From NCBI GenBank assembly GCA_000934665.2, contig JYFJ02001946.1, positions 1 through 64,000 of the forward strand: 64,000 bases of DNA. Direction: 5' to 3'. Positions 50,647 to 63,110 of the stretch are shown here, piece by piece. Within the stretch, counting starts at the first letter, position 1. Every line of letters starts with the position of its first letter. Source of the DNA: Catajapyx aquilonaris. Its lineage: Eukaryota. Made by a program: the position numbers and the translations under genes. The notes under the pieces are model-generated. The model did not search any database. It saw nothing but the letters and a program-made list of their open reading frames with translations, and was not told the DNA's origin.

Positions 50647-51033
50647 TTAACCAAAGTGGAAGGTTGGTATTTCGATTTCTTCATTATCTTGGTCCTTGAA
50701 TTTAACCCACCCATTTTCCTTATCCTCCTGTACTCCAGCTCTTTCGCAAAAGTTTCCCCCCAAGATGGGGACTCCGTCATAGCCCTTCAATATGTGAAAT
50801 TTTACCGCTCTCATTGACGTGCACCAAAAGAGCTGGAAAGTTCTAACCGCTGCTATTTCGTATGCTGTCCCTTTGACAAGCAAAATCGTACCTGTCAGCT
50901 CATCCATTTCGGTACCGATGTTCATAGCCTCCCAGCATCTGACCTCACGATCCGAGATGATCGAATACTCCACAGTGGTGTCGATAGTTAAACAAATGTT
51001 CAATTTTGCTTGAGCTGTAATAGCGGCTGACAT
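50647..51033 (-). CDS. Stand-alone retropepsin-like (clan AA aspartyl protease fold) protein, 128 aa, copy 1
   Basis: MSAAITAQAKLNICLTIDTTVEYSIIS...FHILKGYDGVPILGGNF, with hydrophobic-D-T-x, SIIS and ILG-x-N-F retropepsin motifs. GT-AG intron 51044-51155 lies just upstream of the ATG. Confidence 0.72.
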   Translation of the reverse strand: MSAAITAQAKLNICLTIDTTVEYSIISDREVRCWEAMNIGTEMDELTGTILLVKGTAYEIAAVRTFQLFWCTSMRAVKFHILKGYDGVPILGGNFCERAGVQEDKENGWVKFKDQDNEEIEIPTFHFG

Positions 51034-51692
51034 TTCTATTTTTCTGAAACAAACCCAACAAAAAAAATATGAATATCGCTTGTTCAACACAGTTTTTTGT
51101 TGAGCAAGAAACCACCTTCGTTGCAATAATTATTCGAAAGTATAACATACTGTACCTTTTGAGATTCTCACTATTTTTGGTTTTTGTCCTTATAGGCAAT
51201 GTTGTTAATTATTAACAAAATTATTCTATCCAGCTAAAGTTTCGTGGTGCGGATTTCACGACAGTCTCTCTGGATATGACCTGTAGGCCTATACCATATA
51301 CGATAGGTATAGTTTCTCAATATCTATAAGCTTAGTAATTTTCTTTCTTTCTTTCTTTCATTCATTCTTCTATTCTTTCCTTTTTCTGTCTTTTCATTCT
51401 ATTATTTTTAAATTTTTATTCCTTTCATTTCATTATTTCATTCTTCCCTTACCCTATTCTACGCCGAATTACGTAAGTTATGCAACTCTTCTGTCGCATG
51501 TCCATTGTTCAAGGAGTGATAGCAAACCAAAAATAAATCTCCTTCGTAGAAATAAAAGATTTTATTGGCACCTAGCAACTGGGTTTATCCCCCTCTTTCT
51601 AATGTGATCTAAATTGATCTTTTTTGGTTCACCGAAATTTCCTGTTATTGTTTTTATACCAACCTCATTTTCTCAATATCAATATTGCCATA

Positions 51693-51838
51693 TTCATCAT
51701 CATCATCATCATCACCATCACCATCACCATCACCATCACCATCACCATCACCATTCACCACCATCATCATCATGATCATCATGATCATCATCATCTTCTT
51801 CTTCTTATTCTTCTTGTTGCTGCTGTTGTTGTTGCTGT
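51693..51838. repeat. Compound trinucleotide repeat (CAT/CAC, CTT, GCT/GTT)
   Basis: Direct reading. Abuts the start of duplication unit B. Confidence 0.9.
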
Positions 51839-52099
51839 TGCAAGAGGTTTGCTTCATGGCTCCTTGCAGCTAGAGACTAGCAGCACATGCCTTCATGGAA
51901 ATTGCAGGTTAGTGCTGCATTTGTGCAATGCTGTATACATTCGAGTGCATCATCTGACCTTCATTATTTCGTCGCCAGATCAAGAAACTGTTGGACCTAA
52001 GATGCAAAGCGAAGTTCGAAGGGTTGGGTCCTGTGTCGCCAAACTTCCTGGGCCTCAATACCTCCCGTTCAATCTGAATCATCAAGACTGGTTATTGTA
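51836..52099 (+). pseudogene. Duplicated, decayed 3' end of Spo11 (end of the penultimate exon, intron and last exon)
   Basis: Matches 48690-48935. Carries a 14-bp insertion (ctagagactagcag) and further indels. No 5' exons. Confidence 0.88.
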
Positions 52100-54229
52100 A
52101 AAATGGCTGTACAAATTATTAGCACTGTTGATGTTAGTGCGACAGTGTTCATGTTATGTTTGCTGCTGAAATTAGCAGTGTCGCGCCTTGTAAAAAAAAG
52201 GCATTTTGTTTTGTTATGTGTTGGGTTTATGTTGGATTATTATTTTTTGCAATGAAGCCGTGTTGTTCAGCCCCGCAGCCTTTTTATTTCTGAAGGAGGG
52301 CCGCAGGAAAGTGCCAGAGGCGATGGAAATTTCGATTCATCCAAACGAAGCCATCATAAAGGATCCAGAAACGAGAGAAAGCACTCCAACACTTATAATT
52401 CATAACTGAGTGCACAGCGACTGCTGCGGCTGGGAATACCTACGCTCTCGGCTTTGTATTGTTAGCGCTAGCTCAAAATGGTTGTACTCATCATTCAAGC
52501 ACAGTGAATGTGGAAGGGTCATACGAGAACAGCACACAAATGCTGTATAGAGGCTCGACAGTGTTGTCGAAGGGCTATTTGAGGCTGAAATTACGATATT
52601 GTGAGACGGGATGTGACAATGTAAAATGGCTCAGGCGCATTGATGCTTGGTGGTAGAAAGATCATTCCTTCAATCAAATAAGAGCTTATGAAAGTAGCCA
52701 TCAATAATTGGATTTGGTCTAGCCCAGAGGAGTTTTAGGAGCAAATGATGACAAGACATCAGTGTTATTATCACACATTTATTTGCATTATATCTTTCCG
52801 TTGCTTTCTTAACCTATAGGCTACTAATAATACCCAGTCCTAGCACATAACCCTCACATTATCTTTTACTCTCAATTTCCCTCTATTGTTGTCGTGTACG
52901 TCGCCCAACGCTGCACTTCTTATCACTGAAGCTTGAGTCTTCTGTTTCTTCTTCTTCATCATCATCTTCGTTCTTCTTGGCCCTCATGGTCAGTCGGGGT
53001 TTCTGTTTGTCCATTTGTCTTGTCACAGCAACTGCTATTATAATAGCCAACGACCTGTCGCTTTATTTGTCTCATTTTTATAGCCCACAAAGTCTTTTAG
53101 CACGTTGCCACAATCATCCTGGACACATTCACATGCTGACTTATCTGGTGGTCTGATGGACCCTCTGTAAGGACAGCTCACCCTCGAAACTGCACTTGTA
53201 TCACATGCATTTTTAAAAAATCCACAAAAAACATCGCACGTACAGTACATGTCCATCTCCACATGGTGGATGGTTTGACGACATATGCTATTTTTGCGAC
53301 GGTACCTCATTCAGTCCAATAATAATAAGTGAGCGTCAGATATTGTGGAGACATTTTTCCTTGCATTTTTCATTGTACATGGATGATAAACACGTTTAAT
53401 TCCTTTGAAATAGAACAGTAAAACAGTTATTAGGCTCTCTAAAATCTTTTATGTGGCCATTACTGTTGCTTTATGAGGTCCGATAAGTACCTGTAAGATC
53501 TCAACTTATTTAACCGTTAATAAACTTGCAAATATACAGTAAAATTACAACTTTAGAACCATTTTCAATATCAAGCATTCAAAGAAATCCTCGTCACAAG
53601 AGGTTAACGATATCATTAATAACACAATATACGGACATGTGTTAGAACTGAGTAGGCCTATCTCAAAACTTAATCGCAATGAACATAATTCTGTTCTCTA
53701 GACGTGACTTTACCACTCATAAACAAATAAATTATTTATCAATACAAGATATAATTTACTAAAATTACCGAAACAAGTAATGCAAGTACAACATCGATAT
53801 ATATTTCGTTTTCACTTGTTTTTACATCCCATAACTAAGTTAAAACATGCAGCTTGATTAATGACAATGACAATAATTTTATCCATGTTGTAAATTCCTA
53901 ATGTTATAATAATTCTTTTAAAACTAATATAAATACCAACTTGCGTTAACATCTGCTTCAATTAAATCAATAAAAATATACAGAATGAAGTTCAAAGTAT
54001 TTATAAACCATACAATATCTCTGTGAGTCATAAACATACTGCCTGCAGTGTTACTTTTTCTGCATTACAGAATATAATAATTTGACTGCTTTTGAATTTA
54101 GTTTGTAAAGAGATCAATAAATCAATGAGGACATAACAGAATTTAAAAGTTACCCTTGGTATTAAACTATACCATGTTTGTTATGTGTGCTTAAAGATTT
54201 TTAAATTTCAAAAATTATAGCAGCCTAAT

Positions 54230-55320
54230 AATTAACGCCTCCTCATCATTCTCGACTGTGTCGCAACATCATACGAAATCGGGTCTAAACTTTAGAATTT
54301 AACTGTCGAAACAATATTACCAAGTGTTTTCATCATGAGATTATCTTCTGGGAACAACATTTCAAAAATGTCTTCATCGTGAGAAGTACAGTATGTTGTT
54401 ACTTTCTGTCTTCCCAATTAAAGTTTCAATTCGTCCCCTTGTCGCTCATTAAATTTTAGCGTAATTATCTCTGCTTGGAAATGTAACTGTTTGGAAAATA
54501 ATGATAGCCTGTTTATGACTGATTCACATGCCCACAAAATATTAATATTTCCTTAACCCACATTAATATTTCGAAGAAAAAAAACAGCTACAGGCACTAC
54601 ACTACAGAAGACACTGTTACACTGCACTAATCAAAATTCTTCCAACTATCCCACTACAACTCAAAATACCCAAAAGCTATGTCTATAGAGGACAAGTTCA
54701 ATACTTTGTCGTCCTGCACTATCTCCCCTGCTAAATAAGAAATTACTTGTGATAATAATAAATGGAGAATAATTATTCCACTATTCAATATTTTGAGCTA
54801 CTCTTGATAATCAGTATAATTATTTAAAAACTGACTTGAATTCACCTGTCATCAGATAACTTTACTAAATAAAATATCTTGGTTTCATCCCCCCCCCCTT
54901 CTCTAAACCAGCATAAACTTCTCATTCCCGAGTTTTCCTCAAAAAATAATGAAAGAGATTATGCATTAGCAAGAGACCAAAAAGTATAAGTTAACTATAA
55001 ATATATTACCCTTCATTATTATGACTTCTGAATTTAACGAAGACTCATTGAGGAGTGCTCCCATAATGAGGACTCTTTCAGTCCGTCTGAAATATTGGTT
55101 CTGCTGGATATCTAAACCCGAGGGTTGGCATCCAGACGCACAGCAGTCAATTTTTGTGACGTATGCAGTTAATAATTTTTGCATGACCATCTCCGAAAGT
55201 CCATCCAGCTAACAACACCGTAAAAGGGTGGTCAGATTGGAATGATGGTGCCTCAGCCCACTTCTTATAATGGAATCCGAGACAATGTGTAGAATCTGCT
55301 GAAGGAAGACATTATTTGAC
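54230..55320 (-). pseudogene. Decayed multi-exon coding remnant, weakly LRR-like
   Basis: Minus frames with isolated stops: HSNLTTLLRCC*LDGLSEMVMQKLLTAYVTKIDCCASGC and DEDIFEMLFPEDNLMMKTLG. Splice-like boundaries. Confidence 0.3.
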
Positions 55321-55689
55321 TGGCAGGATAGAGTTTGGCAATTTTAGGAAAGGGAAACACAGGATAAGCGATTCATTGCCAAGTTTAGAGTAACTCTGGA
55401 GTGGGGGGGGGGGGGGGCGGGGNTGGGAGTGATATCATAGGAAATGAAGAAGAACCAACCCAGTGATCGTTTATCAATACATTATTATATAGTGTGGTTG
55501 ATGAGCGATAATTGGGATGTATTTTATAATCCCACTGAATATTATTTTGTTGGTTGCACAAAAAATATCATTACATATTGGATCTATGAATGATTCACTT
55601 GCCCTATTTACTCAAATCTAATGCGTGCTTTTTGGCATTAAAAATATTCGAAAATGAATGAAATCAGTCTTACCATTAGGCATAAAGCA

Positions 55690-56335
55690 TTCTACCATAT
55701 AGGTAACATTTCACCACTTAAAACTAGAGGTGAGACTTAGATTTGCTGGCCACTTATATGTGAGCAAATACGGTATATTAAATTAATGAAGGGAAAAAAT
55801 TTTAACATAAAAACCAGTCTTGAACACACTGTTAATTCGAATCTAAGTCTCACTCTTTGGCTTTAAAAAGTCGGGCAAGAAATGGATTCTAGCATATGTA
55901 ACATTTTCACCACTTAAATCTAGGAGCGCGACTTACATTTGGGGGCGACTTGTATTTTTGAGCAAGTACGGTATATAAAATTAATGAAGGGGGAAAAAAT
56001 CAAACTTAAAAAACAGTCTTGAACACATTGGGTGGAATTTTCTCCCCACTGCCAGTTACTGCTAACTTAGCGGTACCAACGAAAATTCGACCCATTAATT
56101 CGAATGTAAGTCGCACTTTTTGCATTTGGGGAAATAATGGGGATCAGTCTTAAAATGAGGTAGCATGCAAAGCATTTTACCATAGGTAACATTTCACCAC
56201 TTAAAACTACTAGAGGTGCGACCTAGATTTGCTGGAGACTTATATTAGACTAAGCACGGTATACAAAATTAATGAAGGAAAAATCTAAGGCGCACTCTTT
56301 GGCTTTTAAAAGTCGGGAAAGAAAGGGGATAAGTC
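55690..56335. repeat. Three diverged copies of a repeat of about 200 bp resembling pogo/Tc1 MITE ends
   Basis: aacatttcaccacttaaa...gcgactta...tacggtata...aaattaatgaagg at about 55705, 55900 and 56188. Confidence 0.7.
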
Positions 56336-56867
56336 TTTGTTTGCATTTTTGCAACATTTTGTGATATTAGTGATTATGATGCTGTTGAAGTGTTGCTCTG
56401 TGTTGGTCGGCCAAGTGTCCGTTGCTGCAGGCTGACCAAATCAAAATAAATAAAAGTTTGATGATGATGTATCACGTACCTATTTGTGTCCTCCGAAAAA
56501 AAAATATCTCCGCCCATCCCCGGCCCTGCAAAATTATCAACTTCAAACGTCACACACAAAAAAATCTGCTGTGCATGTGAATGCTAGCCCCAATTGTGGT
56601 TAGCTATCTTGTATGTTCCTGGATAACAAATAAGATAATAACAAAAGCAAATTGGTAATTAGTGTTTCCTGAAAGAAAGATATGGTTGCTTTTAATCACA
56701 ATTAACTGCACTCTCTTGCCTGATTGATTATTCGATCCTTATAAAAATTTCTTTTAATGCACAACACTCTCAGAATTTTACTTCACTGGTTAAATCTCAC
56801 ACTTTAAATAATTTTAAAAAACTGAATTTTGTTTTTGTCCCTTTGTCATTTTCTCTCAGTATTCGTT

Positions 56868-57254
56868 TTAACCAAAGTGGAAAATTGGTATTTTGATTTC
56901 TTCATTTTTGTGGCCCTTGAATCTAATACACCCATCTTCTTCATCCTCCTCTACTCCTGCTCTTTTGCAAAAGTTTGCCCCCAAGATGGGGACTCCGTCA
57001 TAGCCTTTCAATATATGAAATTGTTCATATTTCCATGAAGTTCCCCAGAAGAGCTGGAGAGTCCTAACAGCCGCTATCTCGTATGCTGTCCCTTTTACAT
57101 TCAGCTTCTTGCCGGCCATCGAATCTAGCTCGGTACTGAAGCTCATAGACTCCCAGCATCTGACCTCGCGATCCGATATGATCGAATCCTCCACAGTGGT
57201 GTCGATTGCAAAACAAATGTACAATTTTGCATGCGCCGTAATAAGGCCTGACAT
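56868..57254 (-). CDS. Stand-alone retropepsin-like protein, 128 aa, copy 2
   Basis: MSGLITAHAKLYICFAIDTTVEDSIIS...VPILGANF. Same length as copy 1, 90/128 identical by manual count. Homologous upstream intron (donor aaag|gtacagt near 57376, acceptor ttccag|ATG). Confidence 0.72.
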   Translation of the reverse strand: MSGLITAHAKLYICFAIDTTVEDSIISDREVRCWESMSFSTELDSMAGKKLNVKGTAYEIAAVRTLQLFWGTSWKYEQFHILKGYDGVPILGANFCKRAGVEEDEEDGCIRFKGHKNEEIKIPIFHFG

Positions 57255-58339
57255 CTGGAAAAGAAACACACACAAAAATCTGTAGCTATGAATATGAGGC
57301 GTTCAGCGCAGGTTTTAGTTGAGCAAGATAACACTATACCTCTGGTTGCAATATGTTATCCTAATATACACTGTACCTTTTCAAATTCAGCCAATCTTCG
57401 TTTTTGCCCTTAAGAATGTTGTTACACTCTATCCAGAAAAAGATTCTCGGTCAGGACTCCAAGCTAGTCTCGCTGTAAATGACTGGCCGTACAATATGTA
57501 TAGCAACTCAGTATCTTTTAATATTCTTTCTATCTTTTTTTTTCTTCCCTTGTCCTAATATAATTAGGCCGACTTATACGTATGTTATGCATCACTTCTG
57601 TGGTATGGTCCATTGTTCAGGACTCGTTTAATGATCTAATACTCTCATTCACCGAAACTTGCCACCGTTCACACCGCAAAATCTCATTTTCACTACTTGT
57701 CGACTTTTTACTACCCTTGAAATACACTTACTATCTTTTGCTTGATCTTTTGCCTAGCCATAAAGACTTTACGATCCTTACGACCAGAACAGAGTGTGGA
57801 TATTAATATATAATTACAGTACGGCACTCTGCTTCGATTTTACCCCTAGAATATTTTGCACAGTTTAGAATAAAAATTTCATTTCTTTTTCCACAATATT
57901 TAACATTTATGGATATTATTCAGTCGTGACTGAGAACACGACCGTGATAACATACCCATAAATGACCAAATGGAAAAATGTGGGCGTCATTCAGAATTCA
58001 TTAAGAATTGATCATTTTAGTTTTTTCTTCTTTCCTTGGAACTTAAAATCGCACTTTATTGAAATTTAGACAATATCCGACGTCCACTGGCGTCCTCTTT
58101 CAGAAAGTTTTGTACACAAATATCAAATATAATTATAAATGTTTCCTTGTAGAAGGGTTATGTAGCCTTGGAATGACTTTTAAACAATTATATCGAAAAG
58201 TAACAAGACTAGGGCATGCCTATACTTACATTTGTCTTTATTGCATGTGTTTTATTAGTAAGAGTGCTCAAGGCAGTTCTATGATTCAAGCGCCAATATT
58301 TTCCCGAACAATAATATTACGTAGCAAGCAAAATTATCT

Positions 58340-59431
58340 TCATGTGGACCTAAAGACGTTTTTCATCACAGTGACCATGTTGCACCGTTTACAAGTCATC
58401 TCTATTGACCACTCTGGAACAACATACGTGATGCAGTCCAGGGGCATCAGGTCCACCCCACACCGAATACAGTAGTCAACGCTGCCAATGAAGACAATGG
58501 TGTGCCCATATACCTCCCACTCCCAATTCTTGCCCCGAACTGCTTCCTGGCGATTCTTCCATTCCCAGGAGGCCTCCCCTGGCATCCTGAACAGGGTCTT
58601 GCTCAAGGGACCTGGTCTCCGGACGCCAGATTTGAAGGCTCCAACCCGCTTCTTCCGGATGGGTCTAGCAGCAACAGTGGTCCCTTTCGCCATCATTTGG
58701 TGCTGTTGGGTCTTCTTGACATCTTTCCGCTCAACGTACTTGCTAAACGGGATGATGCGCCGATACTTCACTGCTGGTTGTTCATCGGAGGACAGAGTAG
58801 TGTCACGACGCCGTCGATGGGCTAAAACCTTATTCCGATAGCTTTCCATGGCATGACGATCTATTTCAATAGGTGCCTGCTCATCAGAGGAAAAGCCGTT
58901 GTTTGCAGATCGGTGTCGGCTAGCCAGGTATTGCTTACGCAATTCTTTCTTGTAATACTGTATGATATTGGTTTCTGACTGAGTTTCAGCAGCGACCTGA
59001 TCATTGCCAAATGATTTTTCAGAAGAATCAGCCTTTATGCCAGATACTCCTACAGCATTATTCTCGAGCACATTACTCTTACGCCATTGCCTTAGTAAAG
59101 ATGTATCAGTCAAGCTGCTTTGGAATTCAACAAGAGTTTCCTCCGATGCGTCAGTCTTGCTTGCCTTCTTTGTACTCTTTTTGCGCTTCTCAATCTCTCT
59201 AGCTGACTTATTACTGGAGTCACTGTGGCCATCTTCAGGTTTCCCTGCAACTGAATTACTCAATCAACCTCAATTTTTGTAGTACTGTATTACAACATGT
59301 TACAGTAAAATAGGGTCTGCATCTCAACACTATTGTAGTGTAAAAATTAATAATACAGCCTCACCTTCGTTATTATTGCAGAATAATCTTGATAAATATG
59401 GCTGGACCAATCTCCACAAAAATGCAGCCAT
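58340..59431 (-). CDS. Uncharacterised 325-aa basic protein with a C-terminal CxxC-x22-CxxC zinc-ribbon-like domain (two exons)
   Basis: Exon 59365-59431 MAAFLWRLVQPYLSRLFCNNNE|gtgag splices in frame to exon 58340-59250. Ends YCIRCGVDLMPLDCITYVVPEWSIEMTCKRCNMVTVMKNVFRST*. Confidence 0.7.
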
Positions 59432-62146
59432 ATTATTTTGATCCCAGCAACAGCAGCTCAACACGCAACAGGGAATATATTTCTCAGCTGCAGGAGATGG
59501 TCATTTTTCGAGGCCAAATTCTCGCATTCATTGTTTCTCTGTTTAGTGTCCTTATGTCATTATGCATTGTCACGTCTTGTCGTACAGGAACTTAATCTGA
59601 GCCCCGCACAATCACTCGAGACCAATTTCACGCCTATAAAACATCTGCGAGTCAAGATACAGGCACCGCAAATTATTTTTGGTCAGTTATCTCACAGCAC
59701 TTATTAATATTGAAGAACGTGGGGTCTCTATACGTCATACATTTCTCATAAGATTTCAGAAAAGCGCATTGCGTATTTTGCAATATAGGCCTACTGTAAC
59801 AATGAACAATAGGGCGCTACTTTATTTGCGTTTACAGGAAAGTCAGGTAAGCTACAGTATAGTATAGCTCACTTGAAGCCTTGGGACAAACAGTCCAGCC
59901 CATGCTGTCCTTCAAGTCACTAGATTACAACTGCGACTGTAAGTACAGCTTAATTGTAGCCTAGTTAAAATTTGGGAGTTGCAGAGGGGTTTCGTAACAC
60001 AATGTAACAGAAATCTACTTTTTCTCCATTTCAGGAATCTCTGAATCAGCCATATTATAATAAATAATGTCAGGTTTGACAGAGAAATTCAGCGTGACAT
60101 TGAAAGCTTTATGGCTCTTGCAAACCTGACATTATCATGGAAATCACTAACACCAGGAACACCAGCCACCAAAGGCCCTTATTTTGTCATGTGTAGTGTG
60201 CTAGAACGATTATACGATCATTGACGTGCAACCCAACCTACAGTAAGTTATAAGGGTATTGTTAGCTTAGGAGGACGTTCTTTTAATTTGAGGAATCTGT
60301 GAACTAGACATACTAATGCCAGGCGTGTCAGAGGAGCAGCCTTATAAGAGCTTCTTTTCCTTGTAAACCTGGTATTATCATGGAAATCACATTTGGCATG
60401 TGATGATGCGCCAACGTAATGTAAGTGCCCAATGGCCTGTTAGGAAACACAAAATGTACGGGCTAATGTCGCCGAGCTCAGCAATAAAATCACATAACCT
60501 ACTGTACTGTATAAGATGGACCAAATTCAGTCAGTGATCTTCTGTATCCCTGTCTATCAGAACGACCTCGAGTGTACATTTCCTCACCTTAGGCGACTGT
60601 GTATTATAATGATCACTGTTATTGTCAATATCAATAAAGCAATGTCAAACCCACACCGAGAAGTTTCCTTCATCTCCACTCTAATGAACACGTACCGGTA
60701 TAAGAACATCAAGACCATCTCTGAGAAATGATGCTGGGAAACATTATGGCGTAGCCGACGGATAATTTATTGGAATTGGAGAAAAACCTGTTATTTGGAA
60801 ACCGTTGCAAACTGAAAGTAGCTGATTGGAGGTGTCATGAGATGGCCTTTTTACGCATTTTTAAATGAAATTTTTGATAATCGTGGATTGGTAGTTCATC
60901 ATAGCCACGGAGGTCGGTTTGGAGTTAGCTGGTTTTTCTTGAAAAATGATTTTTTCCACAGAAATAATTTTTTAACAATAATATGGCGAGTGTTAAAATG
61001 AGGATTAATATACGTAGATACCAAAAAACCTTAATTTAACACATTTACCATTATGGAAAATATTATTGCATTGGAGCTGGCTTGTTAAGTACACATACTT
61101 GGATCTAGCTGCGTTTGTATGCAGAAAACGAATTTTATGTCATGGATCTAACTGGTTTTGCTTAGGACACGCATTTTTGGAGCCAGTTTACTCCCGGTTT
61201 TGTGCCACACAATATTTGAGTATACTTGGTAGAGGGCATCATAATTATAACAAGGATAAAATCTCGGCCTAGTACACAGTGGTTAGACCTGTCATGAACT
61301 GTAGTTAGAAAAATAATCGAATGTAAATGGGGACACGAATGTCCTTTTTAAATATTCATGCAAATGACTTGTTTTTGCATAAAAAATATCAACCTACCGT
61401 ATGTGAGTATATGGCTTTTTGTTGGTTATCATCATTTCTTCGTTGAAGGTTTGGGTGTGTAAATTCATGTATAAAATGTTTCCTAGTAAAAGAGCTTTTA
61501 ACCAGGAATGGCTTTTAACCTGGAATGGCTCTATAAAAAGAGGAATTGAAAAGTAACACAATATGACATGCCTACTACTTATCCATTCGCCTTTATTACG
61601 TACATGTGTCTTTAATTAACGTCAGTGTTCAAGGCAGTTCCATGATACAAACGGCACCTGTAAATTCTGTCTCTGCATGTTGTGTACAGAATCATTGCAG
61701 ATGCGAGGTCATGGAGAACAAAAACAATAATGCCCATGTTGTGACTCAGCTAAGAAAAGTGTAGTCTACTATACTTTCACTGGCAGATAACATGCAGCAC
61801 AATGAACAGGACTTGAGTAGTTACGTAGTTACGTGTTTTAATTGCCACTGCTGCATATCAACCGGAATGACATATCGAGAACCGTCGAGAACTAAGAGTT
61901 ATGTGCTGACTCCCATAATGGATTATAAATACTGACCGGTACTAAATTTTGCATTATGGGTTACTAAAGGAACCCATAATTTATTGTATTTCACTTTTTC
62001 CACCACCCTTTACGACACCAAAATCGGGTATGGCGAGCGTGCCAGTTTGTTTTTCCTTGTCCAATATTACCTTTAATGCCCCTCATTATACGTATACTGA
62101 CCTGACCTATTATGTCGTTGAGCATATCATCTGAAATCAGCTCTTA

Positions 62147-62273
62147 GGGCCGGTTTCACCGAGCTTGGTATATGATAAAACCAGGTTTCTTTAGGAAAAT
62201 CCAATACAAATAGATAGGGATTTTGAGAAAGAACCCTGGTTTTATCATATACTGAGCTCGGTGAAACCGGCCC
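62147..62273. mobile_element. PIF/Harbinger MITE
   Basis: tta|gggccggtttcaccgagct...agctcggtgaaaccggccc|tta. TTA TSD. Confidence 0.9.
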
Positions 62274-62331
62274 TTAAATACTATACCGAATGAAACCACT
62301 GTTCACCAACAATTTCCTGAACAATATTACA

Positions 62332-62613
62332 TTACATGCAAAATATATTATTATCTTCAATGACATCTTTCATTACAGTGACCATGTTGCACCGTTTACA
62401 AGTCATCTCTATTGACCACTCTGGAACAACATACGTGATGCAGTCAAGGGGCATCAGGTCCACCCCACACCGAATACAGTGGTCAAGGCTGCCAAAGAAA
62501 ACAATGGTGTCCACATGTACTGTACTTCCCATTCTTGCCCTGAACTGCTTATTGGCGTTCTTCCGGCATTCCCAGGAGGTCTCCTCTGCCATTCTGAACA
62601 GGGGCTTACTCAA
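62332..62613 (-). pseudogene. Truncated paralogue of the zinc-ribbon gene (possibly an 86-aa mini-protein from the ATG at 62592)
   Basis: Identical CIRCGVDLMPLDCITYVVPEWSIEMTCKRCNMVTVMK. Upstream homology (to about 62800) is deleted and contains stops. Confidence 0.65.
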
Positions 62614-63110
62614 TGGACCATGGAATAATATATCATCAGAGCAGCATCAGAAGAGTGAACTGTCTCGACGTCTCGTCACCCACACAGTTTGGTACTTACA
62701 AGTAGTTATAGTGTCCCTATGGCTTATATCTCAGCCGGATCAGTCTGATGGGAGCCTATGTCTGCTCTCTTATATACTACGGCAAGATATATTGTATAAT
62801 AAGTCCCCACAATCATAATGACACAAATGTATGTTATGCTATATGCTCGATATACCTAGTCACATGAAAATAATAACAATCAAAAATTTGGCATTCATTT
62901 GACCGACCTCATGCCCTGACTTCAATGTCAGACGTTAGTCGTTTCCGTACATAGACTTATCTTTGGCACGATCTTTCTATGAAGCCAAATTTCTTCGTTT
63001 TCCACTGTAAAGTTAAATGTAGCCTGCTTTAATTTTCATTGTACGTACACCAATAAGTCATCAACGGACAAAATGAGCAATCTCGTTATTTTATGATACG
63101 TGATTCTGAG

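Larger units (their letters stand above)
48688..57690. repeat. Diverged direct tandem segmental duplication: unit A about 48688-51640, unit B about 51836-57690 (B has extra segments at about 52330-52710 and 53790-56650)
   Basis: Collinear matches: gttgcaagaagtttgcttcatggc (48690/51837), aattcctttgaa (49951/53398), ctcttgcctgattgatt (50477/56712), tccattgttca (51501/57609). Confidence 0.9.

Noticed and set aside
50400..57400. LTR retrotransposon or endogenous retrovirus explaining the protease ORFs and direct repeats
   Set aside because: No gag, RT, RNase H or integrase remnants, and the repeats include Spo11 exons and introns, which fits a segmental duplication.
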